A stretch of DNA of 64,000 nucleotides from Alphaproteobacteria bacterium (lineage in GTDB: Bacteria > Pseudomonadota > Alphaproteobacteria > Bin95). The notes beneath the pieces are model-generated. The model searched no databases and was not told the DNA's origin. It was given only the letters and a program-made list of their open reading frames with translations. Positions 9,711 to 19,542 of this stretch are shown one piece after another. The stretch lies in NCBI GenBank assembly GCA_963665325.3, contig CAXXWS020000002.1, positions 672,001 through 736,000 on the forward strand, read 5' to 3'. The first letter of the stretch is position 1. Every line of letters begins with the position of its first letter. The translations under genes were made by a program, and so were the position numbers.

Positions 9711-9917
9711 TTGTCCGAGCCGCAACATACTCATGACGGATGGTGGGCCCAGTTCGATGCCTGGGCCGATACCGTCGCGATCTGGGTCGCGCTGCTTTGC
9801 GTCCTCTTCTTCGTCATTCATATACGCACGCACCCTCGCGGGTTCCGGGACCGGCGTCTCGTCGGGGCGTGTCTCGCCGCCGCCGCCGTCTCGATCGTGT
9901 ACCGATGTTCCAGCTGA
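9711..9917 (+). CDS. small putative membrane protein
   Basis: 68-aa ORF (TTG start) with two hydrophobic stretches, lying between the two repeat copies. Confidence 0.3.
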   Translation: MSEPQHTHDGWWAQFDAWADTVAIWVALLCVLFFVIHIRTHPRGFRDRRLVGACLAAAAVSIVYRCSS

Positions 9918-10008
9918 CCCCAGTGCTGTCGTCCGCCGGATATGGCCCGCCGGATAGTTTGCTACAGTGCTGCCGCCGCGGGGTGGCGGCCAGGAGGGGT
10001 ACGGGAAC

Positions 10009-12066
10009 ATGAATGAATCCGGGACCGAATACCGGATCGGTATCGATATTGGCGGCACCTTTACGGACCTCGTCGCCGTGGACCGCGAGGGCGAGACCCG
10101 GATCGCCAAGGCGCCCTCGACGCCGGCGGACCAGTCCGTCGGCGTGCTGGACGGGCTCGAACGGCTGGCCGGGACGATGGGGCTCGACGTCGCGACCCTG
10201 CTCGGCCGGACCGAGCGGATCGTGCATGGAACCACGGTTGCGACTAACGCCATCCTGGAGCGCAAGGGCGCCACGGTCGGCCTGCTGACCACCGGGGGCC
10301 ACCGCGACGTGCTGGAGATGCGCGAGGGCCTGAAGCCGGACCGCTACAATCTCCGCCTGGCGCCGCCGGATCCGCTGGTGCCGCGCCGCAGGAGGCTCGG
10401 CGTCACGGAACGGCTGCGCGCCGACGGCGCCGTCGAGACGCCTCTCGATCCGGGCTCCCTGGAGGAGGCGGTGGAGACGATGCGGGGGCAGGGCGTCGAT
10501 TCGGTGGCCATCTGCTTCCTGCACGCCTGGTGCGACGACGCGCACGAGCGTGCGGCTGCCGATGCTGTGCGCCGGGCGATGCCGGAGGCTTACCTGTCGC
10601 TCTCCTCGGACGTGTTTCCGCAGATCAAGGAGTTCGAGCGCGTCTCGACCACAGTGGTCAACGCTTATGTAGGCCCCGCCCTTTCCGGCTATCTCGGCCG
10701 CCTTGCCGCCCGGTTGGAGGAGAACGGATATGCCGGGCCGCTGCTCATCATCCTGAGCCACGGAGGCGTCGCGCCGCTCGAGGAGGCGGTGCGTCTTGCG
10801 GCGGGAACGGTGCTTTCGGGGCCAGCCGGCGGCGTCGCGGGCGCGCGCTATTCCGCGCGGCTGCTCGGCATGGGCGACCTCATCCCGTTCGACATGGGCG
10901 GCACCAGCACCGACATTTCGCTCATCTCGGGCGGCGAGGCGGCGCTCTCCTCCGACCGGGGCATTGCCGGGGAGCGCATCGCGCTCTCCTCGCTCGACAT
11001 CGCCAGCATCGGCGCGGGCGGCGGATCGATCGCGCATGTGGATGCGGGCGGTGTGCTGCATGTCGGCCCGCAGAGCGCCGGCGCCGACCCGGGCCCGGCC
11101 TGCTACGGGCGCGGCGGCGCATCGCCGACCGTGACCGATGCGAGCCTGGTGCTGGGGTTCCTCGACGCGGCCAACTTCCTCGGCGGGCGCGAGCGGCTCG
11201 ACACCGGGGCGGCGGAGGCGGCCCTGGACCGACTTGCTGCCGAACTCCGGGTGGATCGCATGGCGGCGGCCGAGGGCGTTCACCGCGTCGTGCACACCAA
11301 CATGGCCGAGGGCATCCGCCTGGTTTCCGTGCGGCGGGGCGTGGACCCGCGACGCTTCGCGCTGCTCTCTTTCGGCGGGGCCGCCGGCATCCACATCACC
11401 GATGTTGCGCGCCAGCTGGATATCTCGCGGGTGGTGGTTCCGAGGGTGGCCTCCGTGCTTTCCGCTTGGGGCATGCTGGCGACGGACCTGCGCTTCGAGG
11501 CCTCGCGGACCCATATCGGCGACGCGGCGGCCCTCGACGCCGCCGCAGTGCGCAGCGTGTTCGACGAGCTGGAAAGCGCGGCCCGGGAGCGGCTTTCTGC
11601 CAGCCATTCCGGCGAGGTCGCGGTCCAGCGCACCGCCGACATGCGCTATGGCGAGCAGATCTTCGAGGTGGACGTCACGCTGGACGGCCTCGACTGGTCG
11701 GCCGACGACCTGCTGGACCGGATTGCGGAGCGCTTCCACGACCGCCATGAGGCGCTGTTCACCTATGCGCTGCGCGAGGACGATGTGGTGCTGGTGAATG
11801 CCCGCGCCGCGGCGATCGGGCGCCTGCCGGGCCTGCCGGAGGAGCGCGTGCCCGATGCAGGCTCGGATGCCGCGCCGCGCGGGCGCCGGCAGGTCCATAT
11901 GGGCGGTTGGCTGGTGGCGCCGGTCCACGATTTCGCCGCGCTCAGGCCCGGCCAGGTGCTGGAAGGGCCCACGGTCGTCGAGAGCGACACCACCACTGTC
12001 GTCCTCCGCCCCGGAGACCGCGCGACCGTCACCCCCCTCGGCTGGCTCGACATCGCGGTCGGGTAG
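10009..12066 (+). CDS. hydantoinase A / 5-oxoprolinase family subunit
   Basis: IGIDIGGTFTD, HGTTVATNA, SGPAGG, DMGGTSTD, GAGGGS and SAGADPGPACYG. Confidence 0.92.
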   Translation: MNESGTEYRIGIDIGGTFTDLVAVDREGETRIAKAPSTPADQSVGVLDGLERLAGTMGLDVATLLGRTERIVHGTTVATNAILERKGATVGLLTTGGHRDVLEMREGLKPDRYNLRLAPPDPLVPRRRRLGVTERLRADGAVETPLDPGSLEEAVETMRGQGVDSVAICFLHAWCDDAHERAAADAVRRAMPEAYLSLSSDVFPQIKEFERVSTTVVNAYVGPALSGYLGRLAARLEENGYAGPLLIILSHGGVAPLEEAVRLAAGTVLSGPAGGVAGARYSARLLGMGDLIPFDMGGTSTDISLISGGEAALSSDRGIAGERIALSSLDIASIGAGGGSIAHVDAGGVLHVGPQSAGADPGPACYGRGGASPTVTDASLVLGFLDAANFLGGRERLDTGAAEAALDRLAAELRVDRMAAAEGVHRVVHTNMAEGIRLVSVRRGVDPRRFALLSFGGAAGIHITDVARQLDISRVVVPRVASVLSAWGMLATDLRFEASRTHIGDAAALDAAAVRSVFDELESAARERLSASHSGEVAVQRTADMRYGEQIFEVDVTLDGLDWSADDLLDRIAERFHDRHEALFTYALREDDVVLVNARAAAIGRLPGLPEERVPDAGSDAAPRGRRQVHMGGWLVAPVHDFAALRPGQVLEGPTVVESDTTTVVLRPGDRATVTPLGWLDIAVG

Positions 12067-12143
12067 GGGGGGCCGGGGCGCCGGCTATCCGGCCGGGTTG
12101 CGTATTTCCCTGGCAGCCGCCTTCGCCACAAACGCGGAACGGC

Positions 12144-12413
12144 TCATCCCGCGCATCCGGGCGGCTCGGGGACATGCGGAACAAGCATCAGGATTGCTCC
12201 GGCCGCAATATCGTCGGCAACATCCTCGTGCACGGCTTCCAGTCCGCGCGGCTGCGCCTCCTCGCCGTCGTCGAAATAGAGCGCCAGCGCTTCCATTGCG
12301 TTCGGAACGATGTCTTCGAAGCCGTCTGCCGCAGAAAAGCAGCCGGGTACTTCGGGGAAACGGACGCCGTATGCGATGTCGGGTTCTTTATCGATGACGG
12401 CCACATAGTGCAT
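12144..12413 (-). CDS. HicB-like antitoxin (N-terminal domain only, orphan)
   Basis: YVAVIDKE..AYGVRFPEVPGCFSAAD...NAMEAL pattern. Confidence 0.75.
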   Translation of the reverse strand: MHYVAVIDKEPDIAYGVRFPEVPGCFSAADGFEDIVPNAMEALALYFDDGEEAQPRGLEAVHEDVADDIAAGAILMLVPHVPEPPGCAG

Positions 12414-12470
12414 CGCTGTTTTCTGCCTCGCTTCCGGCCGGCCCCGCGTTCGGGGATCATTTATACAGCG

Positions 12471-14087
12471 CTAACGCGCGTCCTCCAGCACCATCGCGGC
12501 GGCCTTTTCGCCGATCATGATGCTGGGCGCGTTGGTGTTGCCGGCGACAATGGCCGGCATGATCGAGGCGTCGGCGACGCGCAGGCCGGCGACGCCGTGC
12601 ACGCGCAGTCTTGCGTCGGTTGCGGAATCGGCCTCCGGGCCCATGCGGCAGGTGCCGACCGGGTGGTAGTTGGCGACGGCGCGCGCCCGTACGTCGGCCA
12701 GCAGGTCCTCGTCGCTCTCGCAGTCCGGGCCGGGCAGCACTTCCTCCGCCATGAAGGGCTTGAGCGCGGGTTGTCCGGCGATCTTCCGGCACATGCGGAT
12801 GCCGTAGAGGATCGCCTGCCGGTCGTATTCGCTGCGCAGGAACTCGTAGCGGATTGCCGGGGCCGCCAGCGGGTCCGGGCTCTTCAGCCGCACCGAGCCG
12901 TCGCAATCGGGGCGCAGGTGCACGGGGCTCAGCGTGAAGGCGGAAAAAGGATGCGGCACGATCGTGTCGGGTGTGCGCCGCGCTGCGCTCCAGCTCAGCA
13001 TGTTGATCTGGAGGTCGGGGCCGTCGAGGCGCGGGTCGCTGCGCACGAACGCCCCGGCGCAGATGCCCGTGCTGGTGAGCGGCCCGTCGCCGAAGAGCAC
13101 GTAGCGCGCGCCGGCGGCGAGGCGGCGCGGCAGGCTAAGCGCCAGATCGTTGGCGGTCACCGGCCGGGTACAGCGGAAGCCGATATAGGTGTTGAAATGG
13201 TCGCGGAGATGGGCGCCGACGCCGGGCAGGTCCTGCACCGGCTCGATGCCCATTTCGGCGAGATGCTCGGCCGGGCCGATGCCGGAGAGCTGGAGCAGGT
13301 GGGGCGAGCCGAACGCGCCGCCGGAGACGACGATCTCGCGCCTCGCCCGCGCCCGCTTGGGCCCCGCCAGCGTCTGGTATTCGATGCCCGCCGCGCGACC
13401 GTCCTCGATCAGCAGGCGGCGCGCCTGGGCGGCGGTTTCGATGTGCAGGTTCGGCCGCTTTTTCGCCGGAGCCAGGTACGCCTTCGCGGAGCTCCAGCGC
13501 CGCTTGCGCGAGCCGGTGAACTGGTAAAAGCCGGTGCCCTCCTGCTCGGGCCCGTTGAAATCCGGGTTGGCGGGGATACCGGCCTCGACAGCGGCGTCCA
13601 CCATGGCGCGGTGCAGCTCCCATTCGGCCGGCACGTCCGAGACGCGGAGCGGACCGCCCGCGCCGTGCAGCGCATCCCCGCCGCGTTCATTGTCTTCCGC
13701 CTTGATGAAGTAAGGCAGCACCGAATCCCAGTCCCAGCCCTCCAGTCCGCGCTGGCGCCAGCCGTCATAGTCGCGCGGCTGGCCGCGCATGTAGATCATG
13801 CCGTTGATGGAGCTGCTGCCGCCGAGCACGCGCCCGCGCGGCTGGAAGAGCCGGCGCCCGTCCAGCGCCTCGACGGGCTCGGTCTCGAACTTCCAGTTGA
13901 CCCGCGCGTCGGTGAACAGCTTGGGGAAGCCGAGCGGAATGTGGATCCAGGGGTCGGTGTCGCGCGGCCCCGCCTCCAGCAGCAACACGCTGTAGCGCCC
14001 GGACTCGCTCAATCTTGCCGCGACGGCGCAACCGGCCGAGCCCGCGCCGGACACGATAAAGTCGAACTCGGCATTGTCCGCCAGCAT
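12471..14087 (-). CDS. GMC oxidoreductase (choline dehydrogenase-like)
   Basis: GAGSAGC, RGRVLGGSSSINGMIY, YHPVGTCRMG and GNTNAP; start at MLADNAEFDF. Confidence 0.92.
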   Translation of the reverse strand: MLADNAEFDFIVSGAGSAGCAVAARLSESGRYSVLLLEAGPRDTDPWIHIPLGFPKLFTDARVNWKFETEPVEALDGRRLFQPRGRVLGGSSSINGMIYMRGQPRDYDGWRQRGLEGWDWDSVLPYFIKAEDNERGGDALHGAGGPLRVSDVPAEWELHRAMVDAAVEAGIPANPDFNGPEQEGTGFYQFTGSRKRRWSSAKAYLAPAKKRPNLHIETAAQARRLLIEDGRAAGIEYQTLAGPKRARARREIVVSGGAFGSPHLLQLSGIGPAEHLAEMGIEPVQDLPGVGAHLRDHFNTYIGFRCTRPVTANDLALSLPRRLAAGARYVLFGDGPLTSTGICAGAFVRSDPRLDGPDLQINMLSWSAARRTPDTIVPHPFSAFTLSPVHLRPDCDGSVRLKSPDPLAAPAIRYEFLRSEYDRQAILYGIRMCRKIAGQPALKPFMAEEVLPGPDCESDEDLLADVRARAVANYHPVGTCRMGPEADSATDARLRVHGVAGLRVADASIMPAIVAGNTNAPSIMIGEKAAAMVLEDAR

Positions 14088-14098
14088 TGCGCCTGCCC

Positions 14099-14836
14099 CT
14101 AGACGTGCTGGCCGCCGTTTACGTGGATTTCGGCACCGTTGATGTAGCGGGAGGCATCGGTGCACAGGAAATAGATCGTGTCGGCGACTTCGCCCGGCTC
14201 GCCCATGCGGCCGACGGGGATGGCGCGGATGATCTCGTCGGAGCCGGGGGAGAGCATCGGCGTGTCGATCTCGCCGGGCGCGATGGCGTTGACGCGAATG
14301 CCGTCCGGCCCGAACTCCGCCGCCATCTCGCGGGTGAGCGCCGCCAGCGCCGCCTTCGAGGTGGCGTAGGCGGGACCGGCGAAGCGGTGCACACGCCCGC
14401 CGGCGATCGAAGTGACGTTCACCACGGACCCCTGGCCGGCAGCCAACTCCGTCGCCAGCCCGCGCGCGAGCATCAGCGGGGCATAAAAGTTGACCTGCAT
14501 GACATGGTGCCAGGCGCTGAGGCGGGTGTCGCGAATGCCGAGCCTGTGGCCGTCATCGGCCTTGGGCGAGACCGCGGCGTTGTTGACCAGCGCATGGACG
14601 CGCCCGTCCGTCAGCCGCTTGCGCATCTCCTCTATCGTGACCGCGAGCCCCTCGGGGTCCGACAGGTCCACCTCGATATGGTCCTCCGGCCCCGCGCCCC
14701 AGGGGCAGATGCCGCCCGGAAAGGACTGCCGCGAGCAGGTGATGACGCGCCAGCCGGCATCCTTGAACTTGATGGCCGTCGCGTGGCCGATGCCGCGGCT
14801 GGCTCCGGTGAGGATGAGGGTTCGCATTTCAGACAT
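14099..14836 (-). CDS. SDR family oxidoreductase
   Basis: TGASRGIG, NNA, YATSK and RVNAIAPG. Confidence 0.92.
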   Translation of the reverse strand: MSEMRTLILTGASRGIGHATAIKFKDAGWRVITCSRQSFPGGICPWGAGPEDHIEVDLSDPEGLAVTIEEMRKRLTDGRVHALVNNAAVSPKADDGHRLGIRDTRLSAWHHVMQVNFYAPLMLARGLATELAAGQGSVVNVTSIAGGRVHRFAGPAYATSKAALAALTREMAAEFGPDGIRVNAIAPGEIDTPMLSPGSDEIIRAIPVGRMGEPGEVADTIYFLCTDASRYINGAEIHVNGGQHV

Positions 14837-14875
14837 GGGGTTGAGGCGCAGAATAGGCGCAAGGGAAGCCCGGCG

Positions 14876-16435
14876 CTACCACACTCCGATGATGAAACCC
14901 CGCTTGCGGCTGCCGTCGGTGCGCCGCGCCACCTCTTCATCGGAAAGCGTGGTGCGGGTGCGCCGCGCCCGGAGCCAGGCGAACAGCCTCTCGTGCAGTT
15001 CGGCGCGTGTGGCGGCGTGGGCCGGGTCGGCGCCGAGGTCGTCCCGTTCCAGCGGGTCCTCGGCAAGGTCGAACAATTGCGGGCGGAACCCTTCCCAGAA
15101 CAAGTATTTCCAGCGATCGGTGCGGACCATGTAGCCGCGGGACTCATCGACGCCCCGCCCCAGCGTCAGCCGGGCGGCGCGGTGCGCGTAGTCCGTCTCG
15201 GCGAACACCGCGTCGCGCGCCGGCGCCTCGCCGCCGCGCAGCAGCGGCAGCAGCGAATGCCCCTCCATCCGGTGCGGCTCGACCGCGCCGCCCGCCGCCT
15301 CCACGAAGGTCGGCACAAGGTCGATGGCCTCCACCAGGTCGTCCGAGACGGCGCCGGGGCGGCCGGCGGGGTCGTAGAGGATCAGCGGGATGCGCACGCT
15401 TTCCTCGTGGAACAGCTCCTTCTCGCCGAGCCAGTGGTCGCCCAGATAGTCGCCGTGGTCGCTGGTGAACACGATCATCGTGTCCTCCATCCGGCCCCGT
15501 TCCTCCAGGAAGGCGAACAGGCGGCCCATATGGTCGTCGATCTCCTTGACCAGCCCCATATAGGCGGGGATCACAGCGCGCCGGACCTCGTCGCGGGCAA
15601 AATTGCGGCTGTCCTCATGGGCCATGAAGGCGGCGTGGACGGGATGGGGGTCCCGGCGTTCGTCCTCGTGCCGGTTGGCGGCGATGACCGAGTTGGCCCC
15701 GTAGAGGCTGTGATAGGGCGCGGGCGCGATATAGGGCCAGTGGGGCTTGATGTAGGAGAGGTGGAGGCACCAGGGCTCCTCGCCCTGCTCGCGGATGAAC
15801 TCCATCGCGCGCCCGGTCATGTAGGCGGTCTCGGAGTGCTCGGCCTTCACGCGCGCCGGCAGCGGCGAATAGCGCAGATACCACCCGGAGAGCTGCTCGC
15901 CGTCCGGCCCCTCGGCGGAGTTGGCGAAGTCGTGCCAGGGGTTGGGGCTGTCGTAGCCGCGCTCCCGGAGCCAGCGGTTGTAGGCGAGGTCCGGGTCGGC
16001 GGAGATGTCGGGATGCAGCCCGTCGTCGCGCTCGACGGGCTCGAAGCCGCATTCGGACAGCAGCACGCCGGTATTGCTCGCCGGGTCGATGCCGAGCCGG
16101 CGCATGCCGTCCTGGTCGGCGGCCATATGCGTCTTGCCGACCAGCACGGTGCGCAGCCCGAGCGGGCGCAGCCAGTCGCCGAGCGTGAGTTCGCCGACGG
16201 AAAGCGGGACATTGTTCCAGGTCGCTCCGTGGCTGAACATGTAGCGCCCGGTATAGAAGGACATGCGCGACGAGCCGCAGATCGGCGACTGGCAGTAGGC
16301 GCGCGTGAAGCGCGTTCCCTTCGCCGCCAGGCCGTCCAGATGGGGCGTCTCCAGTGCCGGGTGGCCGTAGCAGGAAAGATAGTCCCAGCGAAGCTGGTCC
16401 GTCATGATGAACAGGATGTTGCGAACGCGCGCCAT
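14876..16435 (-). CDS. sulfatase / phosphonate monoester hydrolase family protein
   Basis: NILFIMTDQLR, CGSSR (CxxxR), GKTH, KPHWPY and FTSDHGD. Confidence 0.9.
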   Translation of the reverse strand: MARVRNILFIMTDQLRWDYLSCYGHPALETPHLDGLAAKGTRFTRAYCQSPICGSSRMSFYTGRYMFSHGATWNNVPLSVGELTLGDWLRPLGLRTVLVGKTHMAADQDGMRRLGIDPASNTGVLLSECGFEPVERDDGLHPDISADPDLAYNRWLRERGYDSPNPWHDFANSAEGPDGEQLSGWYLRYSPLPARVKAEHSETAYMTGRAMEFIREQGEEPWCLHLSYIKPHWPYIAPAPYHSLYGANSVIAANRHEDERRDPHPVHAAFMAHEDSRNFARDEVRRAVIPAYMGLVKEIDDHMGRLFAFLEERGRMEDTMIVFTSDHGDYLGDHWLGEKELFHEESVRIPLILYDPAGRPGAVSDDLVEAIDLVPTFVEAAGGAVEPHRMEGHSLLPLLRGGEAPARDAVFAETDYAHRAARLTLGRGVDESRGYMVRTDRWKYLFWEGFRPQLFDLAEDPLERDDLGADPAHAATRAELHERLFAWLRARRTRTTLSDEEVARRTDGSRKRGFIIGVW

Positions 16436-16511
16436 TGACGATCTGCCTTCCTGCGGCTCCGGCATTTCAGGCGAGTATAATGCGCTCGGGGTCGGCGGCG
16501 ATGACAGGGCC

Positions 16512-18107
16512 ATGAAGGCAGCGACAACACCGAGCCGGGTGAATCCGGTCTATCCGTTCCGAAAGCCGGACGATTTCGATGGGCGCGAACGGCACTACCC
16601 GGTCTGCGTGGTCGGCGCCGGGCCGGTCGGGCTTGCCGCTGCCATCGACCTCAAGCTTCGGGGCGTCGATGTCCTCCTGGTCGACGAAGACGACACGGTC
16701 AGCGCCGGTTCGCGGCTCATCTGCCTTGCCAAGCGCAGCCTGGAGATTTTCGCTCGCCTCGGCATCGGAGCGGAACTTGCCGCGAAGGGCGTGGTCTGGA
16801 ACCGGGGCAAGGTGTTCCACGGCGACGACCTCGTTTATGCCTTCGACCTGTTGCCGGAGGAGGGGCACCGCTGGCCGGCCTTCATCAACATCCAGCAATA
16901 TTATGTCGAGGAGTATCTGGTGGACCGCGCCCGGTCCCTCGGCATCGACCTGCGTTGGAAGACCCGGCTCACCGGGACCGAGGACCTGGGCGACGGGGTC
17001 CGAGTGCAGGTCTCGACGCCGGAAGGCGGCTATTCCTTCACCTGCGACTGGCTGCTGGCCTGCGACGGGGTACGCTCCACCGTGCGGGGCGGGCTCGATC
17101 TGCCGTTTCGCGGCCAGTCCTTCCCGGACCGTTTCCTGATCGCCGACGTGCGGATGAAAGCGGAGTTTCCTGCGGAGCGCCGCTTCTGGTTCGATCCGCC
17201 CTTCCATGCGGGCCGCTCGGCGCTGCTTCACAAGCAGCCCGACGATATCTGGCGCATTGACCTCCAACTCGGCCCCGACGCCGACCCCGAGGAAGAGGCG
17301 AAGCCGGAAAGGGTGCTCCCCCGCATCCGCGCCATGATCGGCCCGGACACGCCCTTCGATCTGGAATGGGTCTCCGTCTATACTTTCCGGTGCCGCCGGC
17401 TGGAGCGGTTCCGGCACGGCCGTATCTTCTTTCTCGGCGACGCCGCGCACCAGGTTTCGCCCTTCGGTGCGCGCGGCGGCAATGGCGGCATCCAGGATGC
17501 CGACAACCTTGCCTGGAAGCTCGCGGAAACGATCGCCGGGCGCGCCGGTGCCGCATTGCTCGACAGCTATGAGGCGGAGCGTATTCCCGCCGCCGACGAG
17601 AATATCCTCAACTCTTCGCGCTCGACCGACTTCATGACGCCCGTGGGCGGGGCGGCTGAGGCATTGCGGGACTCTGCGCTCTCGCTTTCGCGCACCCATG
17701 CCTTCGCCAGGAGCTTCGTCAACAGCGGTCGGCTTTCGACGCCGGCGCTGCTGGCTGGCTCCCCGCTCTCGACCGCCGACGAGCCCGAATGCGCCGATTT
17801 CAGCGGGCCGATGCGGCCGGGCGCGGCGGCGGTGGACGCGCCTTTCGGCAAGGGCTGGTGGCTGGACCGGATCGACGGCGGCTTCGAACTGCTGCACTTC
17901 ACGGACGAAGGCGGCACAGGGCCGGAACGCTGCGCCGGGCTGCCCGTACATTGCGCCAGGCCCGAAGGCCTGCTGGCGTCCCGCTATGATGGGCGGCCGG
18001 GCACGACATGGCTCTTCCGGCCCGACCAGCATGTCGCGGCGCGCTGGCGCAGCCTTGACTCGGCCCTCGTCGGCGCGGCGCTCGACCGCGCGCGAGGCCG
18101 ACCGTGA
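16512..18107 (+). CDS. FAD-dependent monooxygenase (MhpA/PheA-like aromatic hydroxylase family)
   Basis: VVGAGPVGL, LLACDG, GDAAHQVSPFGARGGNGGIQDA and RPDQHVAARW. Confidence 0.9.
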   Translation: MKAATTPSRVNPVYPFRKPDDFDGRERHYPVCVVGAGPVGLAAAIDLKLRGVDVLLVDEDDTVSAGSRLICLAKRSLEIFARLGIGAELAAKGVVWNRGKVFHGDDLVYAFDLLPEEGHRWPAFINIQQYYVEEYLVDRARSLGIDLRWKTRLTGTEDLGDGVRVQVSTPEGGYSFTCDWLLACDGVRSTVRGGLDLPFRGQSFPDRFLIADVRMKAEFPAERRFWFDPPFHAGRSALLHKQPDDIWRIDLQLGPDADPEEEAKPERVLPRIRAMIGPDTPFDLEWVSVYTFRCRRLERFRHGRIFFLGDAAHQVSPFGARGGNGGIQDADNLAWKLAETIAGRAGAALLDSYEAERIPAADENILNSSRSTDFMTPVGGAAEALRDSALSLSRTHAFARSFVNSGRLSTPALLAGSPLSTADEPECADFSGPMRPGAAAVDAPFGKGWWLDRIDGGFELLHFTDEGGTGPERCAGLPVHCARPEGLLASRYDGRPGTTWLFRPDQHVAARWRSLDSALVGAALDRARGRP

Positions 18108-18313
18108 ACCGGGCCGACGATATCTTCGCCGCCCTGGTGGAGGCGCATCGCGGCCTCGACGAGGAAGAAAGCCTCCGGCTGGATGCTCGGCTCATCCTGT
18201 TGCTCGCCAACGAAGTCGGCGACGGCGACCGGGTGCTCGCGCTGATCGAGGAAGCGCACACCTCCAGAGGCGTGCCGAATGATGCACCCGTGTCCGGCTC
18301 CGGCGAAGGCTAG
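18104..18313 (+). CDS. DUF2783-like small protein
   Basis: DDIFAALVEAHRGLDEEESLRLDARLILLLANEVGD pattern; coupled to the monooxygenase. Confidence 0.75.
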   Translation: MNRADDIFAALVEAHRGLDEEESLRLDARLILLLANEVGDGDRVLALIEEAHTSRGVPNDAPVSGSGEG

Positions 18314-18488
18314 AAAAACGCTCTCGTTCAGCAGTCTCCGCTGTTTCGTACCACTGCATTGTAGTAAGCTGAGGCAGTCCCGGTTAGACGAACCGGGCCG
18401 GACTGCGGCGGGGCTGCCCGGGCCCATGTGCCGGCCGCCCTTCGACGGAAGCTGATGCAGCGAGGCTGCGAGAGAAGGAGGGCATACC

Positions 18489-19481
18489 ATGAAAAGGAAA
18501 ATTTACGCGGCCTTGGCCGCCTGCGCGCTGTTCGGCGCGGCCGCTGGCGCTCACGCAGCGGATGTCACGGTCGGCTACCAGCTGGTGTATGGGCCGTGGA
18601 AAGCCAAGATGGAAGAGCTCAAGGCGAACGGGCTCGGCGGCAAGAGCATCGAGTTCGTGAGGTTCACCTCGGGCACCGAAGTCATCAACGCGATGGCCTC
18701 CGGCTCGGTGGATATCTCTCTCAACGGTTCGTCGCCGACCGCGGCGGGCTACAGCCGGGGCGTCGAACTTCAGGTCATCTATGTCTACGACAACATCAAC
18801 AATGCGGAGGCTCTGGTCGTCGATGACTCCATAACCGCTCCGCAGGACCTCAAAGGGAAGACGATCGGAGTCCCCTTCGGCTCCACCACTCATTTCCACA
18901 TGATGTTCGCGCTCGAGCAGTTCAACATCTCAACAGGGGATCTCGACGTGCTCGACATGTCGCCGCCGGACATGGTCGCCGCTTGGGAGCGCGGGGACAT
19001 CAATGGCGGGTTCGTCTGGGACCCAGCCCTCGGCCGCATGAAGGAAAAGGGCCGTGTGCTGCTGACTTCGGGCGATCTCAGCAACTGGGGCAAGGCCACC
19101 TTCGACGCGATGGTGGCGCGCAAGGGCTTCACCGACGAAAATCCGGAATTTGCCTGCCAGTGGGTGAAGATGGTCTCGTCGGCTGACGCCGACTACCGCG
19201 CCAATCCGGGCGCCTACGGGCCGGGCACGGACAATGCCATGGGCATCGCCGATGCGGTTTCCGGCAACGCGGACCAGGTCGGCGGCGTGCTCGCGCTCTA
19301 CGACTATCCGACGCTTGAGGAGCAGGTGTCCGCCACCTGGCTCGGCGGCGGGGTGCAGAACGCGCTGATGGCGGCGTCGGCTTTCCTCGTGGAGCAGGGC
19401 AAGCTGGATAACGTCCTCGACGACTATTCCGGGTCCGCTACGCCCAAATTCGCCCAGATGGTGCTGGACGGAGGTTGTTGA
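18489..19481 (+). CDS. tauA: taurine-type ABC transporter substrate-binding protein
   Basis: Signal peptide; FTSGTEVINAMASG, GSSP, PFGSTTHF and AAWERGDI..FVWDP. Confidence 0.8.
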   Translation: MKRKIYAALAACALFGAAAGAHAADVTVGYQLVYGPWKAKMEELKANGLGGKSIEFVRFTSGTEVINAMASGSVDISLNGSSPTAAGYSRGVELQVIYVYDNINNAEALVVDDSITAPQDLKGKTIGVPFGSTTHFHMMFALEQFNISTGDLDVLDMSPPDMVAAWERGDINGGFVWDPALGRMKEKGRVLLTSGDLSNWGKATFDAMVARKGFTDENPEFACQWVKMVSSADADYRANPGAYGPGTDNAMGIADAVSGNADQVGGVLALYDYPTLEEQVSATWLGGGVQNALMAASAFLVEQGKLDNVLDDYSGSATPKFAQMVLDGGC

Positions 19482-19542
19482 GCGGCTTGGGCTGCCCGGT
19501 TTCCGGACCGGGCAGCACGCTTGAGGTTGCGAGCAGGCAGGC

